Source: Octopus sinensis (taxonomy: Eukaryota). From it: a stretch of 64,000 bases of DNA. Made by a program: the position numbers and the translations under genes. Shown here piece by piece: positions 37,969 to 52,859 of this stretch (positions are counted from its first letter, which is position 1; every line of letters begins with the position of its first letter). The notes below the pieces were generated by a model. The model ran no database searches. It was not told the origin of the DNA and worked only from the letters and a program-made list of their open reading frames with translations. Location of the stretch: positions 78,864,001 to 78,928,000 of the forward strand of contig NC_043005.1 of the NCBI RefSeq assembly GCF_006345805.1, read 5' to 3'.

Positions 37969-38036
<68 letters not shown>

Positions 38037-38683
38037 CTCTTTGTTTTAAAGGAGTATATACAAACGGACACAACAACAGCAGCAGCAACAACGACAATGA
38101 CAACAGCAACAACAACAAGAACAAAAGAAAACAAAAAAAACACCTCTTCTAAACTATAGCTAGGAGTTCAGAAGAATAAAATGTGTTACGGGTTAAGCGA
38201 TCTGAAAGTGGCTTTATCAAGTGAAATAAAGAGAAATACCTCAGTTTATGGTCTGAAAAAATAAAAAAATATATATCTATGAAGTATCATATAAACCACA
38301 GAGCATAGGCAATCTGAAGAGAACATACTCTGAATATTGTATGGAAGAACAAAATGATCAAAAGCCTTATTTATTCATAGTTTTCCTGTTTATCAAAAAT
38401 AATCGTAAGCATGCTATTATAAGTAAATAAGTTATTTCAAATAATATTCATAATGTATTTTCATATATTTATTTGTTTCTTCTGTTTTGTTTTGTTCATC
38501 TATTTATCTATATAGATAGATATACACACGGACGCGCGCGTGAGTGTGCGTGTATGTGTACATATATATATAAATGCATGTATAAATATCTGTGTATGTA
38601 TATGAATGGAGATACATACATATATATATATATATATAATATATACACGTATATATTTTATATATAAACGTATGTCTTTATAT

Positions 38684-38728
<45 letters not shown>

Positions 38729-38885
38729 GATGTGTGTGCATATAAATATGTATATATGTATCTATGTATATATGTATCTATGTATATATATATACATGCA
38801 TACATATGTGTGTATATATATATATGTATCTATGGGTACACATATATATACATACATATATATGTATCTATGGGTACACATATAT

Positions 38886-38940
<55 letters not shown>

Positions 38941-39200
38941 TATAACGCATTTTTTTGTTCATCAAATAAACTATAAAGGAGGGGCCCCCGAAAAAGTTTC
39001 TGATGATAAAGGATGGAGAATAGCATTAAATGTAATAACAACAAGCAAGCTGTATTATAGGCAACGCCGCATCAACATCTAGAAAGGAAAACACAAACAG
39101 CAACAACAATCGCAACAACCACAACAATCATAACGATCACAAAAGCAACAATAACCAAACAACAAAACCAATATTCATACAATGTATATATATACATATA

Positions 39201-39262
<62 letters not shown>

Positions 39263-39369
39263 TTATATATATGCAAAACAAAGACAACAAAGGCGACGAT
39301 ATAACATTGCCTCCGCCCTCAGTGCCACAGTGCCACCAGTGCCACAATGATGACGACAGCGACGGTGAC

Positions 39370-39475
39370 GTGGTGGTGGTGGTGTTAGTAGTGGTAGTAG
39401 AAGTATTTGATGATGATGATGATGATGATGATGACGACGACAAAGATGACGACGACAATAACAGCAATAATAATA

Positions 39476-39542
<67 letters not shown>

Positions 39543-39624
39543 TAATGATAATAATAACGACGACGAAGATGACGATGAAGAGGATGGTGATGATGTTTAT
39601 GATGATGATGATGACGACGATGAC

Positions 39625-39669
<45 letters not shown>

Positions 39670-39670
39670 A
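39370..39670. repeat. Compound (GAT)n/(AAT)n/(GAC)n tract
   Basis: Direct reading; source of poly-D/N/M/I ORFs. Confidence 0.93.
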
Positions 39671-40599
39671 ACGAAACGGTGGTGTATTGAGGGCGAGAGC
39701 AGAACGGAGAGAGATAGTAAAACTGTAGAAGAAATGATAGACAGAGACACAGAGAGCGAGAGCGAGAGAGAGAGAGAGAGAGATAAAGATAGAGAGAGGG
39801 AGACCGAGGGGGAATAGGGAGAGTAAGAGCCCACCACTCCTTCGTTTAGTACTGAGTTTTTCTTTTCATTGCAAACCTTATTAGCTAAGGCCAGTGGACG
39901 ATGCAAGTAATTTTTCTGCAAGCCGTACAAAGGAAAACATTTGGCTTTTATCAGCTATCTGCTACAATATTCAGATCTGATGGCAACGCGGTAAGAGAAG
40001 GGTCGGATTATTCCAGTATAATGTTCCATGCTTTGAAAACATTACACAACGTGTGGCTGAATAGAAGGTGTGTATTTTATTATCAACACATTGAGAGCGC
40101 TCTCAATGGGGTAGTCATTATTTTTAATCATATTCTCTGGCATAACAAAGCAGGCACAGAATTTGTGAACAATCCCGGTAGGACTCTATTCATCGAACAG
40201 AAAAGTATATAATAATTACTCTCAACACATTATGGTAACGTTTGTTTTCAGCAGAATAAATCTAAAGAGAACCACTCGGCCGTAATAGCATCCATACCAA
40301 GAGACAATCGGCGTTCTATTTCCCCCATTGTGTACGCCACAAAGACAGGCATAAAATATTAATAAAGAGCCATTGTCGGTAGCTGTTCAGTCCTAACGAA
40401 ACATAAAAAGCTGCCAGAACCAAATGAAAAGACACTTTGTATGGGAATTGTTGCGAGGAAATAGTGTGTGCTGTGTGCTGTTTGTACAGCATTGTTGATG
40501 GTATAAAAACGTTGGAATATTGATCGCAGCATGTGTGCTAGGCCACGAAGTAAGACACACACACACTGACACATACACTCTGACACACACAGACACACA

Positions 40600-40633
<34 letters not shown>

Positions 40634-40912
40634 GAGACACACACACAGAAACACAGACACACACACGTACTCAGTAATAGAAATACATTCAATGGCGCAT
40701 ATATATTTACATACTAAACGCACATACTCGCATATACAAACATATGCATATATGTATACATAAACATATATATATATATATGTTTGTATATAAACACGAC
40801 GGAGACACAGAAACATAGACACATTCACAGATATATACATGCACATATACACACTTATATAAATATATATACACACACATATATGTATTTTTGTACGTAT
40901 AGAAACATACAT

Positions 40913-40947
<35 letters not shown>

Positions 40948-40968
40948 ATCTATGTATACGTATGTATG

Positions 40969-41019
<51 letters not shown>

Positions 41020-41269
41020 ATATTTGCATATATATATACTGACATATTTATATATAAGAATAAATATATATATAAACCTATATACATACACCCACACTCT
41101 CACACACACAAACCTAGATATATGTGTACCAGTGTGTGTGTTCTCGCCTATGTGTGTGTATATATATGAGTCTTTATGTTTATGTGTGTGGGAAGGCGTA
41201 CGGCAGTGGGGGTGGTGTTGGGTGGAAAAGAGAAAGAGAAAGAAAGAATAGGTGCAGGGGTAGCATAGA

Positions 41270-41297
41270 GAATTAGAAATCCTAACAAAGGAAGGCG

Positions 41298-41328
<31 letters not shown>

Positions 41329-41656
41329 TGGGGAGTGTAGAGAGAAGCACAGAATCAGAGAGAGAAAAGGGAGAAAGAGAGAGAGATGGGGGAAATGAGA
41401 AGATGAGACGGAGAGAGAGGGGCTGTGAGGAAAGTAAGCAACATTATAATAGGAGCGATTATGGTGATAAATCGAATGAGAAAGAGGGAGGGAAAGACAG
41501 AGGGGGTTGAGGCGGAGGAAGGAAGAGAGTGGGAGTGAGAGAGAGAAAAGGAGAGAGAGAGAGAGGCAGAGATTGACATAAATAGAAACAGAGAAAGATT
41601 AAGTAGGATATAGGTTAACGAAGGATACATACATACATATATATATTACATGTAGG

Positions 41657-41721
<65 letters not shown>

Positions 41722-42171
41722 TATATAATATATATATATATATATTATATATATATATATATAACTACATGTATATATATATATATGCACAAACACATAT
41801 ATATATATACATATATTACATACATATATATATATATATAATGTCTCTCTCTCTCTCCTCCCTATAATTATATATATATATATATATAATATATTATATA
41901 TATATATATTATATATATAGGTAATTAGATTAATTAAGAAGGAGAGGGATGTGTAGATAGTAGATAGAGAGGGCACAAGCGAGAGATGGTGATAAAGATG
42001 TGTAAAGGGAGAGAGAATGCTCGAGGGAGAGAGAGAGAGGGGTGTGGGAAGAGAAAGTAACAGAGAGAGGACAAATTTAAAGCAAGGAAAAGAGGGGGAA
42101 AGAGAATGGTAAATGTAATAAAAAGATTTATAAAGAAGGAAAGAAGGAAAGAAAGAGAGAGAGAGAAAGGA

Positions 42172-42206
<35 letters not shown>

Positions 42207-42400
42207 AAGAGCGGAGAAAGAAAAAATGAAATAGAGGGAGGGAAAGGGATACGGAGAGAAGGAAAAAATTAGGGGAAAATGAAAATTTAAAGAGGGATAG
42301 GCGGAAAGAGAGGCTGAAAAAATGACGAGGGAGAGACATTTAGAGAAAGAGAATGAGCGCGCGAGAGAAGGAGAGAATAATGGGGAGATCTTACAACTGG
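41270..42400. repeat. (GA)-rich purine tracts interleaved with (TA)n
   Basis: Direct reading. Confidence 0.85.
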
Positions 42401-42810
42401 AGAGAAAAGTGAAATTCGATTGTGATAAAGTGATTAGTGAGAAGGGTGTATATATGTTAGATAGTTAGGTAGACAGATAGATTTAGAATAAGGCCTGAGA
42501 AGGAGAGACTGGAAGTGAGAGACAAGCTGCTGAGAGAGAGAGAGGGAGAGACTTGTGGGAGAGAGTGCGATTAAAAAGTGATAACGCACGTAAATTTACA
42601 TGCGCACACATACAAAGACGCACACAATTACACTGACACCCTGCCAACACACACGTACACGGTTCCATCCCTACCCCAATACACAAATACACGCGCTCGT
42701 ACATGTATACACTCGTAAATGGGAACAAAATAAAGCAGATGTATAAACAAGGTAAATAAAGAAACGCCAAAAAGTAAAGAAATGTCATTTAAAAAATAAG
42801 TGAAAGCAAC

Positions 42811-42858
<48 letters not shown>

Positions 42859-42859
42859 G

Positions 42860-42912
<53 letters not shown>

Positions 42913-43634
42913 TATATATGTATGTATGTGTCTGTGTATGTGTGTGTTGGCGCGAATGTTAAAAGTGTAGAGAATAGAGAAGGCAAAATGAGAGGAAAGG
43001 ACAGCTCGGGGAGGAGAAAATAAACTTATAAAAATCAAAAGAGGCAGGCAATTTTCTAGAAAACAAACAATGAAGGTGATGGAGGTCTGCAAAAAGAACG
43101 AAGCAAAGAAAGAAAAAAAGAAAAGAAAAGACAAACAAAGATGACAAAAAAATAATTAAGAATAAAAATATAAAGGAATAGAATGAATCAAAAGAACGTA
43201 ATAAAAATGAAATAAAAAAAATCAAATAGAAAAATGGATGAATGAAACGAAATGAAATAGAATAATTTAAAAGAATTGATACGTTGTGAAGAAAAGAATT
43301 AAATAATAAGAAGAGGAGATGAAGGGGTGAAGGAGGATTGAGGGGGAGCAGGAATTAGAAGTGGGGTTGGAGAGAGGGGTGACGGAAGAATTTTGGAATA
43401 AAAATGTAAGGAAATGAGATGGAGGAGACAATGTATTAATACACACATATATATATATATATGAATATAAAGAAAATTTACGATTAATATTTAAGCCTAT
43501 AACGGAGAGTAGAATGAGGGGGATTTCAGTGGGATCTGGGTAGGGGTAAAGTGAAAATGTCAAACATGCATAGTCACATACGTGTGTTTGTGTGTGTGTG
43601 TGTGTGTGCGTGTGTATGTCTCTTTCTCTCCTCT

Positions 43635-43710
<76 letters not shown>

Positions 43711-43967
43711 TTACAGGTGTTAACATCAACAAAATAGGGGAGTACTTCGTAATTATAGTAAATCGAAATATTTAATGGATCATAATTATTATCATTATGG
43801 CCGGGTTCCAATCCGAGCCGCAGCAACAAAGTCCACCCGTTACAATACTCGGTCCATCACCACTACCTCGAGGTCCTGGATACATTCCAAGCCAGTGTCT
43901 GCAATCAGGTTGTCGATGTAAGTGTGACAACGTTTTACCTCTTCTGGGTTCCACGAGACTAATATAT

Positions 43968-44370
43968 GTGGCTGTGTGGTAAGAAGCTTGCTTACCAGTC
44001 ATATGGTTCCGGGTTCAGACCCATTGCGTAGCATCTTCGACAAGTATCTTTTACTTTAGCCTCGGGCCTACCAAAACCTAGTGAGTGGATTTGGTAGACA
44101 GAAACTGAAAGAAGCCCCCACCCCATATATATATATATATATATATATATGGATGTGTTTCTTGTTTGTGTCAGTTTGTCCCCCACCATCGCTTGACAAC
44201 CGATATTGGTGTATTTACATCGCCGTCATCTGAAGGTTCGGCAAAAAGAGACCGATAGAATATGTAGCAGGCTTACAAAGAATAAATCCTAAGATCGATT
44301 TATTCGATTAAGGTGGTGCTCCAGCATGGCCGCTTTCAAATGGCCGAAACAAGTAAGAGAGGGTAAAAGA

Positions 44371-44373
<3 letters not shown>
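43968..44373 (+). mobile_element. SINE family A, near full length
   Basis: Head GTGGCTGTGTGGTAAG..GGTTCCGGGTTCAG, internal (TA)n, tail GGTGCTCCAGCATGGCCGC..GTAAAAGAG. Confidence 0.9.
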
Positions 44374-44413
<40 letters not shown>

Positions 44414-44556
44414 ACGACCTCGAACCCACAAGAGTAAACAAGAAAGACAGAGACAGGCAGGCAGAAACAAGGAAAATGCCACTTATATTTGAACACTATA
44501 CAAATATTCTTTTAAAAAAACTTTCCGTTTAATTTTTCTAAATCTAATTATTTAAT

Positions 44557-44602
44557 TGTTACAGTTGAAAAAGTCTCAATGACTGAAACCGGTACTGAAA
44601 TG
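44557..44602 (+). ncRNA. Putative minimal type-I hammerhead ribozyme motif, U3-A8 core variant
   Basis: CAG-TTGAAAA-AGTC(TCAAT)GACT-GAAAC-CG-GTA^CTG; palindromic ACCGGT in helix III. Confidence 0.5.
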
Positions 44603-44649
44603 TTCTTTATAAAATTAGTTTAGCATTTTCTATCCTGACTTGTTTTTTC

Positions 44650-44680
<31 letters not shown>

Positions 44681-44989
44681 CGATACAAAGGCGGACAGGA
44701 GAAACAAGAATTAGATGGACAGGCAAAAAATGATGGGTCATTCTTGGCTTTCTTTCACCAGTCAAGTCCCAGAAGTCACGATCATTTCGGGCAGTTACAC
44801 TTGAGATGGTTGTATATACATACATACATTCACATGCGCGTGTCCGTTTTGTGTGTGTGTGTGTGTGTGTGTGTGTAGCCTTTTAACTGCCAACAATTGC
44901 CTTGCGTTTCCCATGATTTTAATGACATTGTCCCAGCCTGCTTCATTCTGTTTGATTTCTGTTCTGCAACGAGTCACATTGTTCATTAT

Positions 44990-45045
<56 letters not shown>

Positions 45046-45823
45046 CATCCATCCTTCTCTCAGCCCTCTAGCTTTCTGCCTCCTTGACCAAGAGTTAACG
45101 CCGACATACTGAACTATTCATAGTGTTGTACTTCGCACATTCGTCTGCGGTTTGCTGTAAATATTTTTTCTTGTCATAATATTTTCTTTACATACTCTTT
45201 AATATCCTTCCTCACTTCACCTTAGCTTTCCGAGATCAATTTTCGTTTAACTTTGTACATTTGTTGTCCTGCTTTAACATCTATAACTCAAGCGCTCTGT
45301 GGCAAACGTGTAGCGGTGTTGACAAATGCGTCGAAACTACATTGATCCAGAATTAACAGCTGATGAAAAAATACCTTGGTCTTATTTCTATCTTGTTCTT
45401 TGAGTGGGGGCTATGTGTGTATATGTGTGTGCAAGAGTCCATGTGAACTTGTCAATACTAAATTTTTTCAAATATATATACACACGCACATATATATATA
45501 TATACGCAAATACATATATATGTGCATATATATGTATACATACATCTATCTGCCTCTATATCCATTTAGACATATTTTCACACACCACACACACACGCAT
45601 ATATACCACGTGAGTAACAACGAAATTAATAGACGTCAGTATCATTGAAAGTGAGGAATACATTTAAAGCATTATTATACGTGGAACGCTTACATACAGT
45701 TCAAAGGGTTAATTCCATATCCGCGGCTTACTTTGAAATCCAGCGTGCAGTAGGACTGCATTTGACTTCTCAATGTTTGTATATGTCCTACATATATATG
45801 TGTATGTGTGTGTGGTGTGTGTG

Positions 45824-45869
<46 letters not shown>

Positions 45870-45898
45870 TGCCTGTGTGCGTGTGTGTGTACGTGCGT

Positions 45899-46090
45899 AC
45901 AGGAGCAGTGATGGCTGTGTGATAAGAAGCTCGCTTCCCAATCGTGTACTTCCGGGTTCTGTCACCATGCGTGGAACATTGAACAAGTGTCTTCTGCTAT
46001 AGCCTCGGACCGACCAGAGCTTTATGAGTTGATTTGGTGAACGGAATCTGGAAGAAACCTATCTCGAATATATACTTATAAATACATATG

Positions 46091-46121
<31 letters not shown>

Positions 46122-46318
46122 TGTGTGTTTTCTGTGTCTGTGTATGGTCCCCCACTACCGTTTGACAACTGTTGTATTTATGTCCTCGCAACTTAGCGGT
46201 TTGGTAATAATCCGATAGAAAATGTACCAGTTCTACTGGGACCAGTTCTACTGGGACCAGTTCCTTCAACTAAAAATTCTTGAAAGGCAGTGTCTTAGCA
46301 TGGCCGCAAGTAAAAAGA
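45899..46318 (+). mobile_element. SINE family A with an internal 15-bp tandem duplication
   Basis: Family A head and tail; ACCAGTTCTACTGGG repeated at 46227-46262. Confidence 0.8.
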
Positions 46319-46904
46319 TAAAAAAGGCTATGAATATATATATATATATATATATATGCATGTATGTGTGCGTACATATGTATACGTACTTGTATACACG
46401 CCATATACAAACGTTATGAAGTTTAGTGTTAAACAGAAGAGGTAACCTTGCCCATTGATTATTTATTGTAGCTGAAAACCACACCAACGTTGGTTTAGAA
46501 TACCTTTTTATTATTTTCGTAATCTTTTGTCCATAAAATAAATAGCAGCTAAAAATACAAAAAGACGGTGATGCATGTAACTAGTCACACAGCTCTGAAA
46601 CAGCCAGATGGTTGTCACCAAATTAAACGAAATATTCCCGTCTTGCACAATATGCTAGACATGCTTTGTCGTAAATGATTAATTTATTAAATCTAAGAGG
46701 ATAAAAGACAAAGTCAAACTCATTGTCGTCGCTTACACTCAGCCTAGACAGAAAAGAATAAAGAAAGACAGCAGTCACGACCAGAATACTGTTGGTAATA
46801 GTTTATTCATGTTGGATCATAAAATATCTGGGTAGAACAGGAACGACAATGATGTCAAGAGAAAGAACAACATCATTAACAATATGCAAACGTACATATG
46901 CCTA

Positions 46905-47235
46905 GGGTAAAGATTCCCCTCGGTCATGAATGATCATGATATTGCGCCTAGAAAGTTCCCATGAGAGGCACAAATCCGGACAAGGTTGTTGAAGGAAGAC
47001 CAGCAGTTGCCCATGCATACCAGCCTCCCCTCTTCACGCCACCGATGTCATCCAAGGGAAAGGCAAAGGCCGTTACAGCTTGGCACCTGTGACGTCACAA
47101 CTCATTTTTACAGCTGAGTGAACGTGAAATAAAGTGCCTTGCTTAAGAACACAACACGCAACTCGGTCTGAAAATCGAACTCACTACCTCATGATTGTGA
47201 GTCCGTTGGTCTAACCACTGAGCCATGCGCCTTCA
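46905..47235 (-). mobile_element. SINE family E, full length with TSD
   Basis: Minus head GTGAAGGCGCATGGCTCAGTGGTTAG..GAGTTCGATTTTC; flanked by CGTACATA(T/A)GCCTA at 46891-46904 and 47236-47249. Confidence 0.92.
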
Positions 47236-47301
47236 CGTACATAAGCCTACGCTGTATGAATATATGGAAGTATATACGTAAATATTTATGTATCTTTGAT
47301 C

Positions 47302-47695
47302 TTTCTTTTACTAGTTTTAGTCATTGGACTGCAGCCACGCTGGATGAAACACCGATTTAAAGGGATCAGTCGAACAGATCAACCACAGTACTAATCTCTT
47401 ATAATCTTGGTATTAATTCGTATCTTTTTGCCAAGCTGCTAAGTTATGAGCACGCAAAATAATCAACACCGATCATCAAGCGCTGGGAGGACAAGCACAA
47501 ACAGAAAGACATATTAACACGTAAATATATTCATATGTACAACGGACTCCCCTGCAGTTTCCATCTACCATATTCATTCACAAGGTGGTGGCCGGCCTGG
47601 GGCCAAAGTAGAAAACACTTTCTTCAGGTACTGTGCAGTTGACTGAACCCGGGAACTACATAGTTACAAACTAAGCTTCTTAACCACATAGCCAC
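47302..47695 (-). mobile_element. SINE family A, diverged full copy
   Basis: Tail-to-head order of family A motifs. Confidence 0.8.
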
Positions 47696-47734
47696 ACACA
47701 CACACACATACACATGTATATATATATATATATA

Positions 47735-47791
<57 letters not shown>

Positions 47792-48688
47792 TAGTGAGAG
47801 AGAGAAAGGGAGGGAGAGAGAGAGAGAGAGAGAGATGGCTAGAGACTCCCGTTGGGAAATCCCCTCCGTCTTTTTTTCTGCGCATCAGTCGCATAGGAAA
47901 GATTTGCTTACATTTTTATTCAACCTCACAGTGAGGCTTTGAAATGCTTGAATTTCTTTCACTTCTGACTTACGCTCTGTTTCCGTAAATTAGGTATTTT
48001 ATCATTTGTTTGGCCTGGATGAAAGGACTGTATGCTTAGCATTCCCATGCCGTTGAAGATCAGTTCTCTGTTTAAACCAACCGAATTTACGACTGCATGA
48101 ACAAAAGGGTCAGGTTGATAATATTCGAGAATGTCGATGCTCTGGCAAGAAATTATCGGTAATAGGGTCTAATGGAAGGTTTGGTGGATTGAATAAAATT
48201 TAATACGAAGAGATGTGAGTGGAATGTAAGCGAGTGGACATGGCAGAAGACTAGCGCTATCCATGCCTCTCTGTGAGTGAATAAAAAGAAATACATGCAG
48301 CCCTTCCTAGATACTGCAATTTAATAGTTTCGTCATATTTCAAAGATCATTTTATTCTTTCCTCCAATCCTAAGGATCCATAGAAACGGTCCTTATTTTT
48401 TCAGTTTTTGCAACTTGAAACGATTGAAAGATAGAACTGTAGTATCAACTTAATACTTAAAAAATCAAATTGTGTTTTGGTACTTAAGTTTCATGGATCT
48501 AGACAAAGGACGGTCCAGGGTGAAAATGTATTACCGGTGACTCGGTTTGTTTGCTACTATTTCACCGTCTTGGTCATTTACAATCCTAGAAGCAGTTGCA
48601 ATAACAATTGACTATTTAAGAACCTATTTATAAAAGACTGCCCGAAATATTTTGCTACTAGCTGCTCTCGTCTACGGTCGGTTGCTGT

Positions 48689-48903
48689 TACTCTTTTACT
48701 TGTTTCAGTCATTTGACTGTGGCCATGCAGGAGCACCGCCGTTAGTCGAGCAAGTCGACCCAGGGCTTATTCTTTGTAAGTCTAGTACTTATTCTATCAG
48801 TCTCTTTTGCCGAACCACTAAGTTACGGGGACGTAAACGCACCAGCATCGGTTGTCAAGCGATGTTGGGAGGGGGGCAAACACAGACATATACACACACG
48901 TAC

Positions 48904-48960
<57 letters not shown>

Positions 48961-49122
48961 CGTACGACGGGCTTCTTTCAGTTTCCGCCTACCAAATCCA
49001 CTTACAAGGCTTTGGTCTGTTCGATGCTATAGTAGAAGACACTTGCCCAAGGTGCCACGCAGTGGGACTGAACCCGGAACCATGTGGTTGCTAAGCAAAC
49101 CACTTACCACACAGCCACTCCT
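48689..49122 (-). mobile_element. SINE family A, well-conserved full copy
   Basis: Complete head, internal (TA)(TG)n and tail. Confidence 0.93.
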
Positions 49123-50157
49123 TGATGTATTTCTGGTGTAGCCTGAAGTAGGTGCTAATTGAACAGATCTATAATCAAAGAGCGTTCAGGCCGTTGCCCT
49201 CAGATCTTTGGTTTTTTTTACATGCTATAATATCCAATACTACAATAACTAAAGTGTTGTTTCTTTTTAAATAAGATGGTGTAATTACATGGAAACTTGA
49301 CTGTCATTGCTAGTAAAACCAATTACCGTGTAAAGGCTCTAACATTGACTCTCTGGTTCGATCATGCTCGGTATAAGATATAGTTGGATATCGTAAAGCT
49401 AATAGAGATTTTATAGCATAATCTATGAGAATATGCATTGTCCAGTGTTAATACATATATCATTAAATTTCTAAACTGATATTCCGTCGTATGTTTATTA
49501 AACACATTTTTATTATTGCACTGCAAAAATGTATCCCACGGGTAATACAGAGGCCTGCCAAAAGTAGGTTGAGTGATAGGGATCAAATCGTTGAGTAATC
49601 GGGATCAAAAGTCAAATCGATCTTTCTCCCTAGGTGCTGAAATTTCTGTCGTTTAACCACGACGAGGTTCTCCTTCCACAGCAAGTCTACGCATATGATT
49701 ATTAAGCAAACCATTGTTATTCTATTTACAAATTTAATCTCAAATATGCTGTGTCTGTGCTTCACTAAATAAATACATTTCATACATAGTTATTGAAAAC
49801 ACTCAATTAGCCATTAACTGAGGTGTGAACAAAATTCAATAATTACTCGGCTATTGCTGATATACATCAAATACGGTGAAACAATAACAACATAAAAATA
49901 ACACACACGAATTCTGCAAAGAAAGATAATTAATGAAATGGAGGGGCGAAATACTTCGAGTACGCCATAATACATTTGTCGCTTCGTTTTCAGCTGTCAC
50001 AATTGCGTTGTGATATAGAATGAGTTATATAATTTCCAGCAGTTTAATTAATAAAACTGAAATTAAATAAGATATGTGAACGCTGCTGAAAAGTATATGC
50101 AGCCGGAATTTTTATTTATTTATTATTTATAACCCTAGGACTCATAAGGCTGGTATC

Positions 50158-50482
50158 TGGCACTCCATAGATTTACGACGACGTGGGTTCCAGTTGATTC
50201 AAGGAATAGAACAGCCTGCTCGTGAAATTAACTTCTAAGTGACTGAGCACTCCACAGAGACGCGTGAACTTAACGTGGTTCTCACAAAGATTCAGCGTGA
50301 ATGAGAATGTGACAAGGCCGACCCTTTGAATTACAGGTATAATTCCTTTTTGTCGACTGGGTGAACTAGAGCAAGGTGATATAAACTGTCTTGCTCAAGA
50401 ACACAACGCGCCACCGCGAATCGAACTTACGACATAACCATCGTGAACCGAAATCCCCAATAACTAAGCCACGCGCCTTCAC
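50158..50482 (-). mobile_element. SINE with family E head and a different tail
   Basis: Minus head GTGAAGGCGCGTGGCTTAG..GTGTTCTTGAGCAAGAC; tail unlike 46905; TAAGGCTG on both sides. Confidence 0.8.
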
Positions 50483-50569
50483 ATTAAGGCTGTTGTTCAC
50501 CCTGGTTTTCCATGACCTACAAGCGACTGAGATCACAGCCTTTTCCCTAAAAGGGATGCCGTTTCCGTT

Positions 50570-51665
50570 GCAGACTTTTAGGCCAGCAATTTTGTGGAAC
50601 GAAACAAGTCTCTTACATCGACCTCAATACGTGATCTTGACTGTATTTTATCGACCTCGAAAAGATGAAAGACAAAGTTGACCTTGACAGATTCTATCTT
50701 TAATATAAAGAACAGGAAGAGATACCGTCAAGCATTTAGTCCAAAGTACCAGCCGTTCTGCTAGAAATACTTTGTTTTGCTCCTTCTCGAGCCACGCCTG
50801 GCTCATCAGGGCCGGTTTCCCGGTTTCCTTGGTGTATAGGTTCCCCACCTGGACGAGACGCCGGTCCGTCGCAGATGAGCTGCAAGATGCTGGAGGAAAA
50901 TGTGAGAGAAAGTTGTGGCGAAAGAGTCAGCAGAAGTTTGCCATTACCTTCTGCCGGGGCCGCGTAGAGCTTAGATGTTTCGCTCATAAACACATACATC
51001 GCCCGGTTTGAGATTCGAGCTAGAAATATAAGCGGCCTGAAATTTAAAAAAAATATTTTCGTGAACTTTAAGACTCATAAGATCGGTCACAACAGTTCTC
51101 TTGAATGAAATACTGGTCTGTTGTAAGGTTTAAGGCCAGCAATTCTTATGTTTAAGAGCAAGTCGATTATATCAGATCTTGTATTTCACTAATATTTTAC
51201 CTTGTCGATCTCGAAGGAATGCAGGTAAGGTTGACCTTGGCGGAATTTGAACTGAGATCGTAAGAACTTGGATGAAATGCAGGTAAACATTTAGTCTAAC
51301 TTCCTAACGATTCTGCTAGAAACATAAGCAGGATGAATTTTATCTTGCTTTTCTGTTTTCTTTTTTTAGCCCTTTGGGATCACAAGGCCGCTTATTTGGT
51401 TTCCATGACGTATAAATGACCAGTATCATAATGATCTTCTTGATCGGGACGCCAGTCCATTGCAAGATTTAAGGTCCGTAGTTCTGAAGGGAGGGGCAAG
51501 TCGATTACACCAACCTCTGTACTTGACAGATATTTTATTTTATCGACCCCGAAGTGAAAGCAAATTTGATTTCACTTCAGCGGGATTTTGAACTCAGAAC
51601 ATAAAGAGACATAAAGAAATCCCGTTAAGCATTTTGACCGACGTGCTAACGATCTCGCCGGCTTT
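50570..51665 (-). mobile_element. Cluster of three SINE family B copies with a family D copy (50771-51020) among them
   Basis: Family B blocks at ~50570-50765, 51120-51320 and 51470-51665; D copy is the reverse complement of 20770-21030. Confidence 0.8.
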
Positions 51666-52309
51666 AAACAACGGAAATGATATTAACTAATATGCAATTT
51701 TTTTCTTTAATTTTCTTTGAAGGTTTCAAATTCTCCGATTGACCTGGTTCTTATATGTCTACATCCTTATCGGCATTGTTCTGTGTCACTAAAATATAAT
51801 ATACAACTTTCAACATGTCTCTTACCTACGTATCAATGGACACTTCGTTGTATGAACTCTGTTGATTAACGAGTGCTTCATTGGCTTGGCATCCTGAGTT
51901 CAAATCCAACCAACGAGCGTGTTTTATATTTGCATCTGTGACTCGCAGTTGTGAGATGGTTAAGATATTACCCAACCAGATAATGTGAGATGAGTTTAGT
52001 TAGATCGCTTGAAGAAAGTTATCAAGACACAGACAGCTCTGTGAAGCTAAGAAGTTTATTATGCAACCACGTGGTTTTGCGTTCAGTTTTAGAGTATCAC
52101 TGTAACAAGTGTCTTCTACTATGGAGTAGACTGGTCAATGCTCCGTGAGTGGATTTGTTACGTCCGAAACTACAAAGTCGATCTGCTACTCGACTGAAAA
52201 TTGAAATCTCCGAATGACCCGTCCGTGTTTTTTCCTGTCCTTTTTTGTACCACCTACTGTCCGAATGTTTTGTTGTCGCCTGTTACGTTCTTGTTCCATT
52301 TTTGTTATG

Positions 52310-52378
<69 letters not shown>

Positions 52379-52398
52379 ATGTGTGTGGTGTGTGTGTG

Positions 52399-52760
52399 TC
52401 TTCTTTTATTTGTTTTAGTCATTTAACTGCGGCCATTCTGGAGCGCCGCCTTTAGTCGAACAAATTGACCCTAAAACTTTTTTGTAAGCTTAGTACTTTC
52501 TCTGTCTCTTCCGCTGAACCACTAAATTACGTAAACACACCAACATCGGTTGTCAAGTGATGGTGGTGGTGGTGGTGGGGGGACAAACGGAGACAACAAA
52601 CATATATATACGACGGACTTCTTTCAGTTTCCATCTACCAAATGCACTCACAAGGCTTTGGTCGGCCTAAGGCTATAGTAGAAGACACTTGTCCAAGGTG
52701 CCACGCAGTGGGATCGAGCCTGCAACCATGTGGTTGGGAATTAAGCTCGTTACCACAGTG
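52399..52760 (-). mobile_element. SINE family A, full copy
   Basis: Aligns to 48689-49122. Confidence 0.9.
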
Positions 52761-52859
52761 CTATATATATTCTGCTAACTGAATATTTTGATTAACGGAT
52801 TCTTATATGAAGTACTAAAGAGAGTATAGCCTGGGCTATAATTATTCCCTCAATTTATG

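Noticed and set aside
39253-39690. 145-aa poly-D/N acidic ORF resembling a biomineralisation protein
   Set aside because: Pure GAT/AAT/GAC microsatellite, no signal peptide, flanked by (TA)n and (GA)n.
49634-49773. Possible terminal exon (CCCTAG| acceptor, short frame to TAA, AATAAA)
   Set aside because: Phase unknown, peptide unrecognised, and AATAAA is uninformative in AT-rich DNA.
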